A stretch of 64,000 nucleotides of DNA, from contig DAOUCU010000059.1 of the NCBI GenBank assembly GCA_034431935.1, positions 2,132-66,131 of the forward strand, written 5' to 3'. The notes below the pieces were generated by a model. The model did no database searches. It worked only from the letters and a program-made list of their open reading frames with translations, and was not told the DNA's origin. The position numbers and the translations under genes are program-made. The first letter of the stretch is position 1, and every line of letters begins with the position of its first letter. Of the stretch, positions 28,414 to 37,804 are shown piece by piece. Source of the stretch: Dehalococcoidia bacterium (GTDB taxonomy: Bacteria > Chloroflexota > Dehalococcoidia > GIF9 > JBFMDU01).

Positions 28414-29808
28414 ATGGCCAAGCTTGATTTGAACCGTGTGGAGATGCCTCGTCAGGAGCCTAAGGTCCGGGCGAAGAACTTCAAAGAAGTGGCCCTGGGA
28501 TATACTGAAGATATGATGAAGGCTGAGGCCAGCCGGTGCATTCAGTGCGCCAAGCGTCCCTGCGTCGCCGGCTGTCCGGTCAATGTTGATATTCCCGAGT
28601 TCATCAGGGCACTTAAAGAGGGCAATTTGGCCGAGTCAGTGCGAATTCTCAAGGGCAAAAATGCCCTGCCGGCTATATGCGGTCGCGTCTGTCCTCAGGA
28701 GACTCAGTGCGAGGAGGCATGTACTTTGGGCAAGAAAGGCGCGCCTGTAGCCATCGGCCGCCTCGAGCGGTATGTCGCCGACTGGGAGCTTGCCCACCAC
28801 TCTGAGGGCAAGCCTCAGATACCGCCGCCGACCGGTAAGAGAATAGCCGTGGTTGGCACCGGGCCTGCCGGCCTCACCTGCGCCGCCGATCTCGCTAAGA
28901 TGGGCCATAAGGTGACCATGTTTGAGGCACTCCATGAGCCCGGTGGGGTGCTTATCTACGGTATCCCCGAGTTCCGTCTTCCCAAGGCTATCGTCAAGGC
29001 CGAGGTCGAGTACGTCAAGTCACTCGGCGTCGAGGTGCGTCTCGATTCCGTTATCGGCAAGCTGAATACCGTTGATGAGATTCTGGGCAGCTACGATGCC
29101 GTTTTCCTCGGCACCGGTGCCGGTCTGCCGATGTTTCTCGGTATCCCGGGAGAGAACCTGAATGGGGTCTATTCTGCCAACGAGTTCCTGACTCGTGTGA
29201 ACCTTATGAAAGCATACCTGTTTCCCGAGTACGACACGCCGGTGAAGAAAGGCCGTAAGGTGGCTGTCGTCGGCGCTGGCAATGTCGCCATGGACGCTGC
29301 CCGTTGTGCCCTGCGTCTGGGCGCCGAGCAGGTCTATATCGTCTACCGCCGCTCCAAAGTGGAAGCTCCGGCCAGGCATGAAGAGCTGGAAAACGCCGAA
29401 GAAGAGGGTGTCATTTTCAAATGGCTGACCAACCCCAAGCGCTTCATCGGCGACGCCAGAGGGTGGGTGACCGGGATGGAATGCCTTGAGATGGAGCTTG
29501 GCGAGCCGGATGCGTCGGGTCGGCGCCGTCCCATTCCCAAACCCGGTACCGAGTTCACCATTGAGTGCGATGTCGCCATCGTCGCCCTCGGCACTACCCC
29601 CAACCCTCTAATTGCCCAGACCACCCAGGGCCTGGCGACTACCAGCCACGGTACTGTAGTGGCCGATGAGCAGACTGGTAAGACAAAGAAAGATAGGGTC
29701 TGGGCCGGAGGCGATGTCGTCACCGGTGCCGCCACCGTCATCAGTGCTATGGGTGCTGGCAAACGTGCCGCGGCCTCAATAGACCAGTTCCTTAGAGGCG
29801 CTCAATAA
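28414..29808 (+). CDS. nfnB: NfnB/SudA/GltD-like NADPH-dependent oxidoreductase subunit
   Basis: 464 aa. Fe-S cluster motifs CIQCAKRPCVAGCP and CGRVCPQETQCEEAC, an FAD fold IAVVGTGPAGLTCAADL and an NADPH fold VAVVGAGNVAMDAARCALR. Confidence 0.85.
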   Translation: MAKLDLNRVEMPRQEPKVRAKNFKEVALGYTEDMMKAEASRCIQCAKRPCVAGCPVNVDIPEFIRALKEGNLAESVRILKGKNALPAICGRVCPQETQCEEACTLGKKGAPVAIGRLERYVADWELAHHSEGKPQIPPPTGKRIAVVGTGPAGLTCAADLAKMGHKVTMFEALHEPGGVLIYGIPEFRLPKAIVKAEVEYVKSLGVEVRLDSVIGKLNTVDEILGSYDAVFLGTGAGLPMFLGIPGENLNGVYSANEFLTRVNLMKAYLFPEYDTPVKKGRKVAVVGAGNVAMDAARCALRLGAEQVYIVYRRSKVEAPARHEELENAEEEGVIFKWLTNPKRFIGDARGWVTGMECLEMELGEPDASGRRRPIPKPGTEFTIECDVAIVALGTTPNPLIAQTTQGLATTSHGTVVADEQTGKTKKDRVWAGGDVVTGAATVISAMGAGKRAAASIDQFLRGAQ

Positions 29809-29852
29809 AATCACCCCTGCCAAATTGGAGAGCGCAGGTTGCGGGTGAGAAC

Positions 29853-30368
29853 CTAACCCGTCAGTGTTTTTGCTATCTCCGTCGCCCACTTATCTATTGC
29901 ATCCCACTTGCGGAAGTCGCCGGCCTGTGCCTTGACCCGGCCCGTCATGAATTTCTCCAGGAAATTCAGTCTCTTAGTATCAATCAACCCGTGGAAAATG
30001 GCGATATCATTGGGGTGTATCCGTTCGATAGCCGGTTTCAGCCTTCCCGGATATTTCCAGCCGCTCACTAATTCCACCGCATCGCCTTCGCCCGTTGGAC
30101 CGCTGGAAAATATCCATACCTGACGTTCGGTTAACAGCTTTTCATTCCGGATGACGAACTTGACCGCCTCCCTGCGCCACTGCCCGATGTAAACGGCGCT
30201 GCCCATGATTATCGCCCGGTAATGGGAAAGGTCGCTTGCCCGGTTGAAAGGCAGGACATCCACTTCCAGCCCTGCCTTACGTAGCACCTGTCCTATCTTG
30301 TTAGCGATCTCCGCCGTTGCGCCGTACTTGGAAGCAAACGCCACCAGAACCCTGTTCTCAATCTGCAT
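29853..30368 (-). CDS. Flavodoxin-domain protein (long-chain flavodoxin-like, HemG-like architecture)
   Basis: 171 aa. Flavodoxin-like phosphate-binding N-terminus VLVAFASKYGATAEIA and IMGSAVYIGQW. Confidence 0.55.
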   Translation of the reverse strand: MQIENRVLVAFASKYGATAEIANKIGQVLRKAGLEVDVLPFNRASDLSHYRAIIMGSAVYIGQWRREAVKFVIRNEKLLTERQVWIFSSGPTGEGDAVELVSGWKYPGRLKPAIERIHPNDIAIFHGLIDTKRLNFLEKFMTGRVKAQAGDFRKWDAIDKWATEIAKTLTG

Positions 30369-30460
30369 CGTAGCTCTCCGTTACCACCTGTCTGCTAATA
30401 GCCTACCATACCGTGCAATAGACCCTTTGTAGATACTGCCGGGTGGGGTAGAATATCTCC

Positions 30461-33025
30461 ATGTCGGTAACTCCCATCCGCCGCCAGTACCTGCGCGTCA
30501 AACAGCAGCACCCCGGTGCTATTGTCCTCTTCCGCCTCGGTGATTTTTACGAGACCTTCGACGAGGACGCTAAGGTCGCTTCACGTGAGCTTGAAATCGT
30601 CCTTACCTCACGTGAAATGGGCAAGGGCCAGCCGGTGCCGATGGCCGGAATTCCATATCACGCACTTGATAATTATTTAGCGAAGCTCATCGACCGTGGC
30701 TACAAGGTGGCCATATGCGAGCAGTTGACCACGTCGGGTAAGGGGTTGGTAGAGCGTGATGTGGTGCGCGTCGTCACACCGGGGACGGTCACCGAGCCAG
30801 ACCTCCTGGAAGGTAAGAGCAACAATTATCTGGTCGCCTTATCGCTTGAAGGCGATGCCGCAGGGATAGCTTACGTAGATATCAGTACCGGAGAGTTCGC
30901 TGTTACCCAGCTTGCGGCCGGTCGGGCCAATGCCGAACTGGAACGCCTCGATCCCGCGGAACTGCTCGTCCCCGAAGGCGTTCCGTTAGACGGCGTCAGG
31001 TGTCCGAAGACGGTAACGAAGCTGGAAGCCTACTGGTTTGACGTCGAGGTCGCCGCCGAGACTCTTAAGGGCCATTTTAAGGTATCCAGTCTTGAAGGCT
31101 ACGGTTGTGCCGGGCTTCCCCTCGCTATCGGCGCCGCCGGCGCCGTCGTGCACTACCTTCAGGAAACGCAGAAATTGGTCTTGGCACAGCTCGAGCGTCT
31201 TTCCACTTATTCTACCGGGTCGTTCATGGTGCTTGACGCTCAGACACGTCGCAATTTGGAATTGTTTCAGAATAGCCGCACCGGTGCCGCGACCGGGTCA
31301 TTACTTTCTGTTGTTGATATGACCGTTACCGCGATGGGCGGGCGGCTGTTGAAGCGCTGGCTGGGGCAACCCCTGCTCGATATCGGAGAGTTAGGCAAGC
31401 GGCACCAGGCGGTTGGATGGCTTGTTTCAAATACCACCGCGCGGCAGTCAATTAGAGCGGCTCTGGGCGATATTGCCGATCTGGAAAGGCTTATGAACCG
31501 CGTGGTAGCATCATCGGCCATGCCGCGCGAAGTAGCCAGGATCGGCACCAGCTTGAGCAGGGTCCCTGAGCTTAAAGCTGCTATCGCTGGCAGTGAAGCC
31601 CTGTCGGCTATTGACGGTGAGTTGAAAGCCAGTCCCGAAGTCGTTGACCTGATATCCCGCGCCATTGTCCCCAATCCGGGCCTGCTGACCGATGGCAGCG
31701 TAATACGCGAAGGCTTCTCTGAAGAATTGGACAGGTTGCGCCAGGCATCCGGCGATGCCAGACAATACCTGGCCAATCTTGAGAAGCAGGAACGGGAGCG
31801 CACCGGCATCAAGACGCTTAAGGTGGGCTACAACCGCGTTTTCGGCTACTACATTGAAGTATCGAAGCCTAATTTGGCTTCGGTGCCCTCCGACTATATC
31901 CGCAAGCAGACCATTGCCAATGGAGAGCGTTTCTACACACCTCAGCTTAAGGAATACGAGTCGCTGGTCCTCTCTGCCGAAGAGCGGCTGGCCGAGCTCG
32001 AGCAGGGGCTTTTCCGGCAGGTCTGCGTACAGGTAGCGGCCTCGCGTCAGGTGGTACTTTCGACAGCGCGAGCGCTGGCCGAGCTCGACGTGCTGGCCAG
32101 TCTTGCCGAAGCCGCCGTCAGGTACGGCTATGTCCGGCCGGAAATGACCGCGGATGATGTTATTACAATAAAAGCGGGTCGGCACCCTGTTGTTGAACGG
32201 TTTCTCGGCGGCGATGGTTTTATTCCCAATGACGTCTATCTTTCGGGCAAGGACACTCAGGTCATCATCCTCACCGGGCCGAACATGTCGGGCAAGTCAA
32301 CATATTTGCGGCAGGTGGCTTTGATTGTTCTTATGGCGCAGATTGGCAGTTTTGTGCCGGCGGAATCGGCGAGAATTGGCATTGTTGACCGTGTTTTCAC
32401 TCGCATCGGGGCCCAGGAGGATCTGGCCGCCGGTCAGTCGACTTTTATGGTGGAGATGATCGAGACCGCTAACATCCTCAACAATGCCACGCCGCGTTCG
32501 CTGATAATCCTTGATGAGATTGGGCGTGGCACCAGCACCTATGACGGGCTTTCAATTGCCTGGGCGGTGGCTGAGTATATCCACAACCATCCTAAGCTCG
32601 GGGCAAAGACCCTGTTCGCCACCCACTACCATGAACTGGTCGAGCTCGCCGCCGTCCTGCCGCGGGTCAGGAACTTCAATGTGGCGGTGACCGAGGAAAA
32701 GGGCAGGGTGGTATTTCTCAGGCAGATTGTCCCCGGTGGTGCCGATCGCAGTTACGGCATTCACGTTGCCCAGCTTGCTGGCCTGCCGAAGTCAGTCCTC
32801 TACCGTGCGCAGGAAATCCTGGCCGGGCTTGAGAGAAAACAGCAGGTCGAGATTAAACTGGCCCGTGGCAAGGTGAAGGAAACGTCCGCGCCCCAGTTGC
32901 CGCTATTTACCGGCGGTACTGAGCTTGTAAAAGAGCTTGCCGGTCTTGATGTTGACTCCATGTCGCCGCTGGAAGCTATCGCCAAGCTGTACGAGTTGAA
33001 GAGGAAGGCGAGAGACTCGGCGTAG
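30461..33025 (+). CDS. mutS: DNA mismatch repair protein MutS
   Basis: 854 aa. Mismatch-binding N-terminus TPIRRQYLRVKQQHPGAIVLFRLGDFYETF, Walker A GPNMSGKST and the DEIGRGTSTYDG motif. Confidence 0.9.
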   Translation: MSVTPIRRQYLRVKQQHPGAIVLFRLGDFYETFDEDAKVASRELEIVLTSREMGKGQPVPMAGIPYHALDNYLAKLIDRGYKVAICEQLTTSGKGLVERDVVRVVTPGTVTEPDLLEGKSNNYLVALSLEGDAAGIAYVDISTGEFAVTQLAAGRANAELERLDPAELLVPEGVPLDGVRCPKTVTKLEAYWFDVEVAAETLKGHFKVSSLEGYGCAGLPLAIGAAGAVVHYLQETQKLVLAQLERLSTYSTGSFMVLDAQTRRNLELFQNSRTGAATGSLLSVVDMTVTAMGGRLLKRWLGQPLLDIGELGKRHQAVGWLVSNTTARQSIRAALGDIADLERLMNRVVASSAMPREVARIGTSLSRVPELKAAIAGSEALSAIDGELKASPEVVDLISRAIVPNPGLLTDGSVIREGFSEELDRLRQASGDARQYLANLEKQERERTGIKTLKVGYNRVFGYYIEVSKPNLASVPSDYIRKQTIANGERFYTPQLKEYESLVLSAEERLAELEQGLFRQVCVQVAASRQVVLSTARALAELDVLASLAEAAVRYGYVRPEMTADDVITIKAGRHPVVERFLGGDGFIPNDVYLSGKDTQVIILTGPNMSGKSTYLRQVALIVLMAQIGSFVPAESARIGIVDRVFTRIGAQEDLAAGQSTFMVEMIETANILNNATPRSLIILDEIGRGTSTYDGLSIAWAVAEYIHNHPKLGAKTLFATHYHELVELAAVLPRVRNFNVAVTEEKGRVVFLRQIVPGGADRSYGIHVAQLAGLPKSVLYRAQEILAGLERKQQVEIKLARGKVKETSAPQLPLFTGGTELVKELAGLDVDSMSPLEAIAKLYELKRKARDSA

Positions 33026-33195
33026 CCCTTTAGTCTGCCTACAGGAGTAGGCCACTTCTTGATTTGCGGTTGTTGTCAACCCCGACAGGCCCTCAGTACT
33101 AGGCGACTCTGATGCCGCAGTGAAATGACATATTAGGAGGGGAGTATTGTGCTGCTCATTGGCAGTGCTGTTGGCGGCTGATATACTATCCGCCT

Positions 33196-34398
33196 ATGGA
33201 TACGAAGCTGACACGAATCAATGGCGGCACGGTTACTACGCCAAAAGGATTTCTGGCGGGAGCAGTTGAGGCGGGTATTAAGTACCGGGGGCGGCTCGAT
33301 TTCGGCGTGCTGTTTTCGGAAAGACCGTGCAACGCCGCGGCTGTTTTTACGACTAACAAAATAAAGTCGGCGCCGGTGGTCTTTGACCGCCAGCAGATGA
33401 CCAAAGGTAAGGTCCAGGCAATAGCCGTCAACTCCGGCTGTGCCAACGCCTGTACCGGCGACAAAGGGATGAAGAACGCCGCGGAAATGGCGGCACTGAC
33501 CGGCCGCAAGCTGGCCATTTCCCGCAATGCGGTACTTGTTGCCAGTACCGGCGTCATCGGGACGCAACTGCCTATGGACAAAATTGAGGATGCGATTAAG
33601 CGGCTGAAACTGGCCGCGAGCGGGGGACATGACCTGGCCCGGGCCATGATGACCACAGATACCTTCCCCAAGGAAATTGCCGTTCTGGTGGAGACAGCCA
33701 GCGGCAGATACGCTATCGGTGGCGTAGCCAAGGGCGCGGGTATGATCCACCCGAATATGGCGACTTTGCTGTGTTTCATCACCACCGACGCCTCGGTAAA
33801 CCGGGCACTCCTGAGTTCTGCTTTGAAGAAGGCAGTTAATCAGTCGTTCAATATGGTCAGTGTAGACGGAGATACCAGCCCGAGCGATACCTTGGTTGTG
33901 ATGGCTAACAGTCTGTCCGGCGTGAAGGTAGACCGCGAGAATATGCCGGCATTTCAGGCGGGACTGAACGAGGTATGCTTGCATCTGGCCAAATGTGTCG
34001 CCCGGGACGGCGAGGGCGCGACCAAGCTGGTTGAGATTATAGTAGAGGGCGCGGTCAGTGAAAAAGAAGCGCGACAGGCGGCACGGACCATAAGCACCTC
34101 GCCGCTGGTCAAGACGGCAATACACGGCGCCGATCCCAACTGGGGAAGGGTCATCGCCGCGGTCGGGCGGAGCGGGATCAGACTTGATGAGAAGAGAATA
34201 GACATGTTCCTGAACGGGACGTGCGTTATGTGTGGGGGAGTACCGCGCGACTTTGATAAGGAGGCCCTCAGCCTTTCCATGAAAAGCAAAGAAGTCAACA
34301 TTAAGGTTAAGCTTAACCTAGGGGTCGGTAAGGCCACAGCCTGGGGATGTGACCTGTCCAAGGAATATGTCGCTATAAATGCGGATTATACAACATGA
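33196..34398 (+). CDS. argJ: Bifunctional ornithine acetyltransferase / N-acetylglutamate synthase
   Basis: 400 aa. Autoproteolytic cleavage site ATLLCFITTDA (ATML-type). Confidence 0.9.
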   Translation: MDTKLTRINGGTVTTPKGFLAGAVEAGIKYRGRLDFGVLFSERPCNAAAVFTTNKIKSAPVVFDRQQMTKGKVQAIAVNSGCANACTGDKGMKNAAEMAALTGRKLAISRNAVLVASTGVIGTQLPMDKIEDAIKRLKLAASGGHDLARAMMTTDTFPKEIAVLVETASGRYAIGGVAKGAGMIHPNMATLLCFITTDASVNRALLSSALKKAVNQSFNMVSVDGDTSPSDTLVVMANSLSGVKVDRENMPAFQAGLNEVCLHLAKCVARDGEGATKLVEIIVEGAVSEKEARQAARTISTSPLVKTAIHGADPNWGRVIAAVGRSGIRLDEKRIDMFLNGTCVMCGGVPRDFDKEALSLSMKSKEVNIKVKLNLGVGKATAWGCDLSKEYVAINADYTT

Positions 34399-34578
34399 TT
34401 TGTAACCGCTTCTCTCGAGCAAGGTGGGAGGAAAGACCTATCTATGAAAGGGATCCAGCCCCTCTTAGTATTTGATTAGGTGAAGTAGTTCTCCAGAGGG
34501 ATTGATCTCCTCTGGATACCCGAATGAGGCATACGTCAACAAACGGGCCAGTGATGCTGCAGGACTCCGGAGGAGCTG

Positions 34579-35358
34579 ATGAAAGGAACTTTAGTAGTCA
34601 AGATTGGCGGCAGCACATTTGGGAGTGGTGATACCACGGTGGAAGACCTGGTGGCGCTCCAGAAGCGCAGTGTCCCGCAGGTGGTGGTACACGGTGGCGG
34701 TGCGATGGTGACCGACTGGCTGAAGAGGCTGGGTGTGACGGCGAAGTTCGTCCACGGCTTGCGTGTCACCGATGGTGGGACACTCGAGGTGGTTGTCGCT
34801 GTTCTTGCGGGGCTCGCCAATAAGGCCTTAACGGCGGCGATTGAGCTGGCCGGCGGTAAGGCTATTGGTTTGAGCGGGGTTGATGGCGGGTTGCTTAAAG
34901 CAGAGGTGACCAACCCGGAACTCGGCCTGGTGGGCGACGTTACAGGCGTCAATACTGCGCTCCTGGGGACAGTCCTTCGGGCCGGTTTCATCGCCGTGGT
35001 GGCGCCGGTGAGCCTGAACGCTGGTTTTAAGGCGGGTACAGACATGATACTTAATGTCAACGGCGATACTGTCGCCGGTGAAATTGCCGCGGCTTTGAAG
35101 GCGGAGCGGCTTATTTTCCTGACTGATGTCGCCGGCGTACGCGACAGGGACGGAAAGACGGTGGCGAAGCTCACGCCTGAAGAAGGAGAGGGTCTCATCG
35201 CCTCGGGAGTCGCTACCGGCGGCATGGAGCCCAAGATTCGCGCCAGTATTAAGGCGCTGAAAACAGTCAAAGCTGCCCGCATTATTGACGGGCGTCAGCC
35301 CCATGCCCTCCTGGCCGAGATTGATGGCAAGGGACAGGGAACCACGATCAGTGTATAA
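34579..35358 (+). CDS. argB: Acetylglutamate kinase
   Basis: VVKIGGS N-terminus and amino-acid-kinase-family motifs VVVHGGG and NVNGDTVAGEIA. GGAGGAG lies 4 nt upstream. Confidence 0.9.
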   Translation: MKGTLVVKIGGSTFGSGDTTVEDLVALQKRSVPQVVVHGGGAMVTDWLKRLGVTAKFVHGLRVTDGGTLEVVVAVLAGLANKALTAAIELAGGKAIGLSGVDGGLLKAEVTNPELGLVGDVTGVNTALLGTVLRAGFIAVVAPVSLNAGFKAGTDMILNVNGDTVAGEIAAALKAERLIFLTDVAGVRDRDGKTVAKLTPEEGEGLIASGVATGGMEPKIRASIKALKTVKAARIIDGRQPHALLAEIDGKGQGTTISV

Positions 35359-35404
35359 TAGGCAATTCAACCGGTCTTGCGTCGGTTGAGGTGCCTGCAG
35401 GCTT

Positions 35405-36610
35405 ATGAAAGACATGGACAAGTGGCAGGAACTCGAAGCCAAATACTTCATGCGCACGGTGAAACGTCTCCCGGTGACGCTGGTCAGAGGGAGGGGTTGC
35501 CGCGTGTGGGATGCGTCCGGCAGGGAATACCTCGACTTCGTCGGTGGTTGGGCCGTCAATAGCCTCGGCCATTGCCACCCTGTGTTGACCAGGGCAATTA
35601 GGGATCAGGCGGGGAAGCTTATTCAGGCCTCAAACCAGTACTACACCGTACCACAGGTGGAACTGGCGGAACTGCTGGTGAAGAACTCATGCCTGGAGCG
35701 CGTCTTTTTCTGCAACAGCGGCGCTGAAGCCAACGAAGGCGCCACTAAGCTGGCGCGCCGCTACGGCAAACTGCACCTCAAGGGTGCCTACGAAATCATC
35801 ACCACCCACAGTTCCTTCCATGGGCGGACGCTGGCGATGGTAGCTGCTACCGGGCAGCACAAGTTCCAGGACCCGTATATTCCGCTGCCTGATGGCTTCG
35901 TTAATGTGGAGTACAACAGCATCGAGGCAATCAAGTCGGCGGTGTCAGATAAGACCTGCGCCGTGATGCTGGAGCCTATCCAAGGTGAGGGTGGGGTCAA
36001 TGTGCCCGCCGATGACTACCTGAAAAAGGTCCGTGCCCTCTGCGACGAGAAGGGCATACTGCTTATTCTCGACGAGGTGCAGACGGGGCTGGGACGCATC
36101 GGCAGTCTTTTCGGTTACCAGCAGTACGGCGTCGAGCCGGATATCATGACGTTAGCCAAGGGGCTTGGGAGTGGTGTGCCGATAGGGGCGCTGATGGCCA
36201 AGGAACGGGCCGCGGTGTTCCAGCCGGGTGAGCATGGTTCGACTTTCGGAGGCAATCCGCTGGCCTGCGCCGCGGCGGTAGCGGTGGTGAAATACATTAT
36301 TGAAAACGACATCCCGGGCAAGGTGATGAAGCTGGGCGAGTACTTCACCGCGGGGCTGCTCCAGATGAAACAGGAGTTCCCCTTTATCACCCAGGTGCGG
36401 GGACGCGGTCTCTTGCTGGCCATTGAGTTCAGCACTGATATTGGGGAGCAGATAACCGATGCCTGCCTGGAACGGCGATTACTGGTCAACCGGGTCAAGC
36501 CCAACGCACTGCGCTTTATCCCGCCGCTCATCGTGACCAAAAGCGAAATCGATGAGGGACTGGGCATACTGAGGGAGGTCTTTAAGAAATGGCAAGTCGA
36601 AAGAAAGTAG
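35405..36610 (+). CDS. argD: Acetylornithine aminotransferase
   Basis: Class-III PLP aminotransferase with ILLILDEVQTGLGRIG and the PLP-lysine region TLAKGLGSG. Confidence 0.9.
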   Translation: MKDMDKWQELEAKYFMRTVKRLPVTLVRGRGCRVWDASGREYLDFVGGWAVNSLGHCHPVLTRAIRDQAGKLIQASNQYYTVPQVELAELLVKNSCLERVFFCNSGAEANEGATKLARRYGKLHLKGAYEIITTHSSFHGRTLAMVAATGQHKFQDPYIPLPDGFVNVEYNSIEAIKSAVSDKTCAVMLEPIQGEGGVNVPADDYLKKVRALCDEKGILLILDEVQTGLGRIGSLFGYQQYGVEPDIMTLAKGLGSGVPIGALMAKERAAVFQPGEHGSTFGGNPLACAAAVAVVKYIIENDIPGKVMKLGEYFTAGLLQMKQEFPFITQVRGRGLLLAIEFSTDIGEQITDACLERRLLVNRVKPNALRFIPPLIVTKSEIDEGLGILREVFKKWQVERK

Positions 36611-37797
36611 TTTTAGCTTACAGCGGCGGGCTGGATACATCGGTTGCCGTCCGCTGGATTGGTGAGAAATACAACATGGACGTTATTGCCGTCTGTGTCG
36701 ATATCGGCACAGTGAAAGACCTGCCGGCGATACAGGAGAAGGCGCTCAAAGTTGGCGCCGTCAAGTCGATGGTTATCGACGCCCGCGATACCTTCGTCAA
36801 TGACTATGTTTTTTCGGCGTTGATGGCCGATGCCGTCTATGAGGGGCAGTACCCGCTGGCGACGGCACTGGGACGGCCGCTGATTGTCAAAATCATGGTG
36901 GACATCGCGCGCCAGGAGAAGGCGGTGGCGGTGGCCCATGGCTCGACCGGAAAGGGCAACGACCAGGTGCGCTTTGACGCCGGTATAATCGCGCTGGCGC
37001 CGGACCTAAAAATCATCGCACCGGCCCGGGAGTGGGGTATGACCCGCGAGCAGACGATGGCCTACGCTAAGAAGCACGGTATCCCGGTGCCGACCACGGT
37101 TGCCAAGCCGTACTCGATTGACGAGAACCTCTGGGGCCGCAGTATTGAGTCCGGTATCCTCGAAGACCCGATGGTCGAGCCGCCGGAAGATATCTACAGT
37201 TGGACGAAGTCGGTGGACAAGTGCCCGGAGAAGCCGGCCTACGTTGAGATTGGCTTTGACAGAGGCGTGCCGGTCAGTCTTGACGGCAAGAAGCTCGGCG
37301 GTGTGGCCCTGGTTCAACAGTTGAACAAGCTGGCCGGTGATAACGGAGTGGGCCGTATTGACCATATTGAAAGCCGGCTGGTGGGCATTAAGTCGCGTGA
37401 AATCTACGAAGCACCGGCTGCGGTGACGCTGGTCAAAGCGCACCTAGCGCTGGAGGCGATGACGATGACGCGCCAGCAGTTGCGCTTCAAGGAACGGGTA
37501 GCCCAGGAGTACTCCGAGCTTGTCTACAACGGGTTATGGTTTTCCGCTTTGAGGCAGGAGCTTGATGCCTATGTGAGGATGTCGCAGCGCTTTGTCAGTG
37601 GCACGGTACGGGTTCGCCTGCACAAGGGCAACTGCACCGTGGTCGGGCGCGAGTCCGAGGTCTCCCTTTACAGTCATGCTTTGGCCACCTATGATAAGGG
37701 TGACGCGTTCGACCAGAGTCTCTCACCGGGTTTCATCCAGCTCTGGGCGCTGCCTTCCAAGATTCAGACTCAGAAACAGACTAAGGGGAAGTACTAG
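36589..37797 (+). CDS. argG: Argininosuccinate synthase
   Basis: KVVLAYSGGLDTS PP-loop, 402 aa. Its first 22 nt overlap the argD 3' end in a different frame. Confidence 0.9.
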   Translation: MASRKKVVLAYSGGLDTSVAVRWIGEKYNMDVIAVCVDIGTVKDLPAIQEKALKVGAVKSMVIDARDTFVNDYVFSALMADAVYEGQYPLATALGRPLIVKIMVDIARQEKAVAVAHGSTGKGNDQVRFDAGIIALAPDLKIIAPAREWGMTREQTMAYAKKHGIPVPTTVAKPYSIDENLWGRSIESGILEDPMVEPPEDIYSWTKSVDKCPEKPAYVEIGFDRGVPVSLDGKKLGGVALVQQLNKLAGDNGVGRIDHIESRLVGIKSREIYEAPAAVTLVKAHLALEAMTMTRQQLRFKERVAQEYSELVYNGLWFSALRQELDAYVRMSQRFVSGTVRVRLHKGNCTVVGRESEVSLYSHALATYDKGDAFDQSLSPGFIQLWALPSKIQTQKQTKGKY

Positions 37798-37804
37798 GGC
37801 AGGT

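Noticed and set aside
29826-29852. Possible hairpin after nfnB (AGGTT...AACCT / CGGGT...ACCCG)
   Set aside because: The stems are only 5 bp, with competing alternatives and no T-tract. It is not convincing as a terminator.
33133-35559. Antisense ORFs of 243-330 aa opposite argJ and argB (33133..34125, 34536..35282, 34828..35559)
   Set aside because: The arg genes are unambiguous. The antisense ORFs are low-complexity, Ala/Pro/Ser/Thr/Arg-rich artefacts of high GC.
37592-37804. N-terminal extension of the argH ORF
   Set aside because: It overlaps the argG 3' end in another frame and its residues are unlike ASL. The ASL homology starts at [12 protein letters not shown] (37805).
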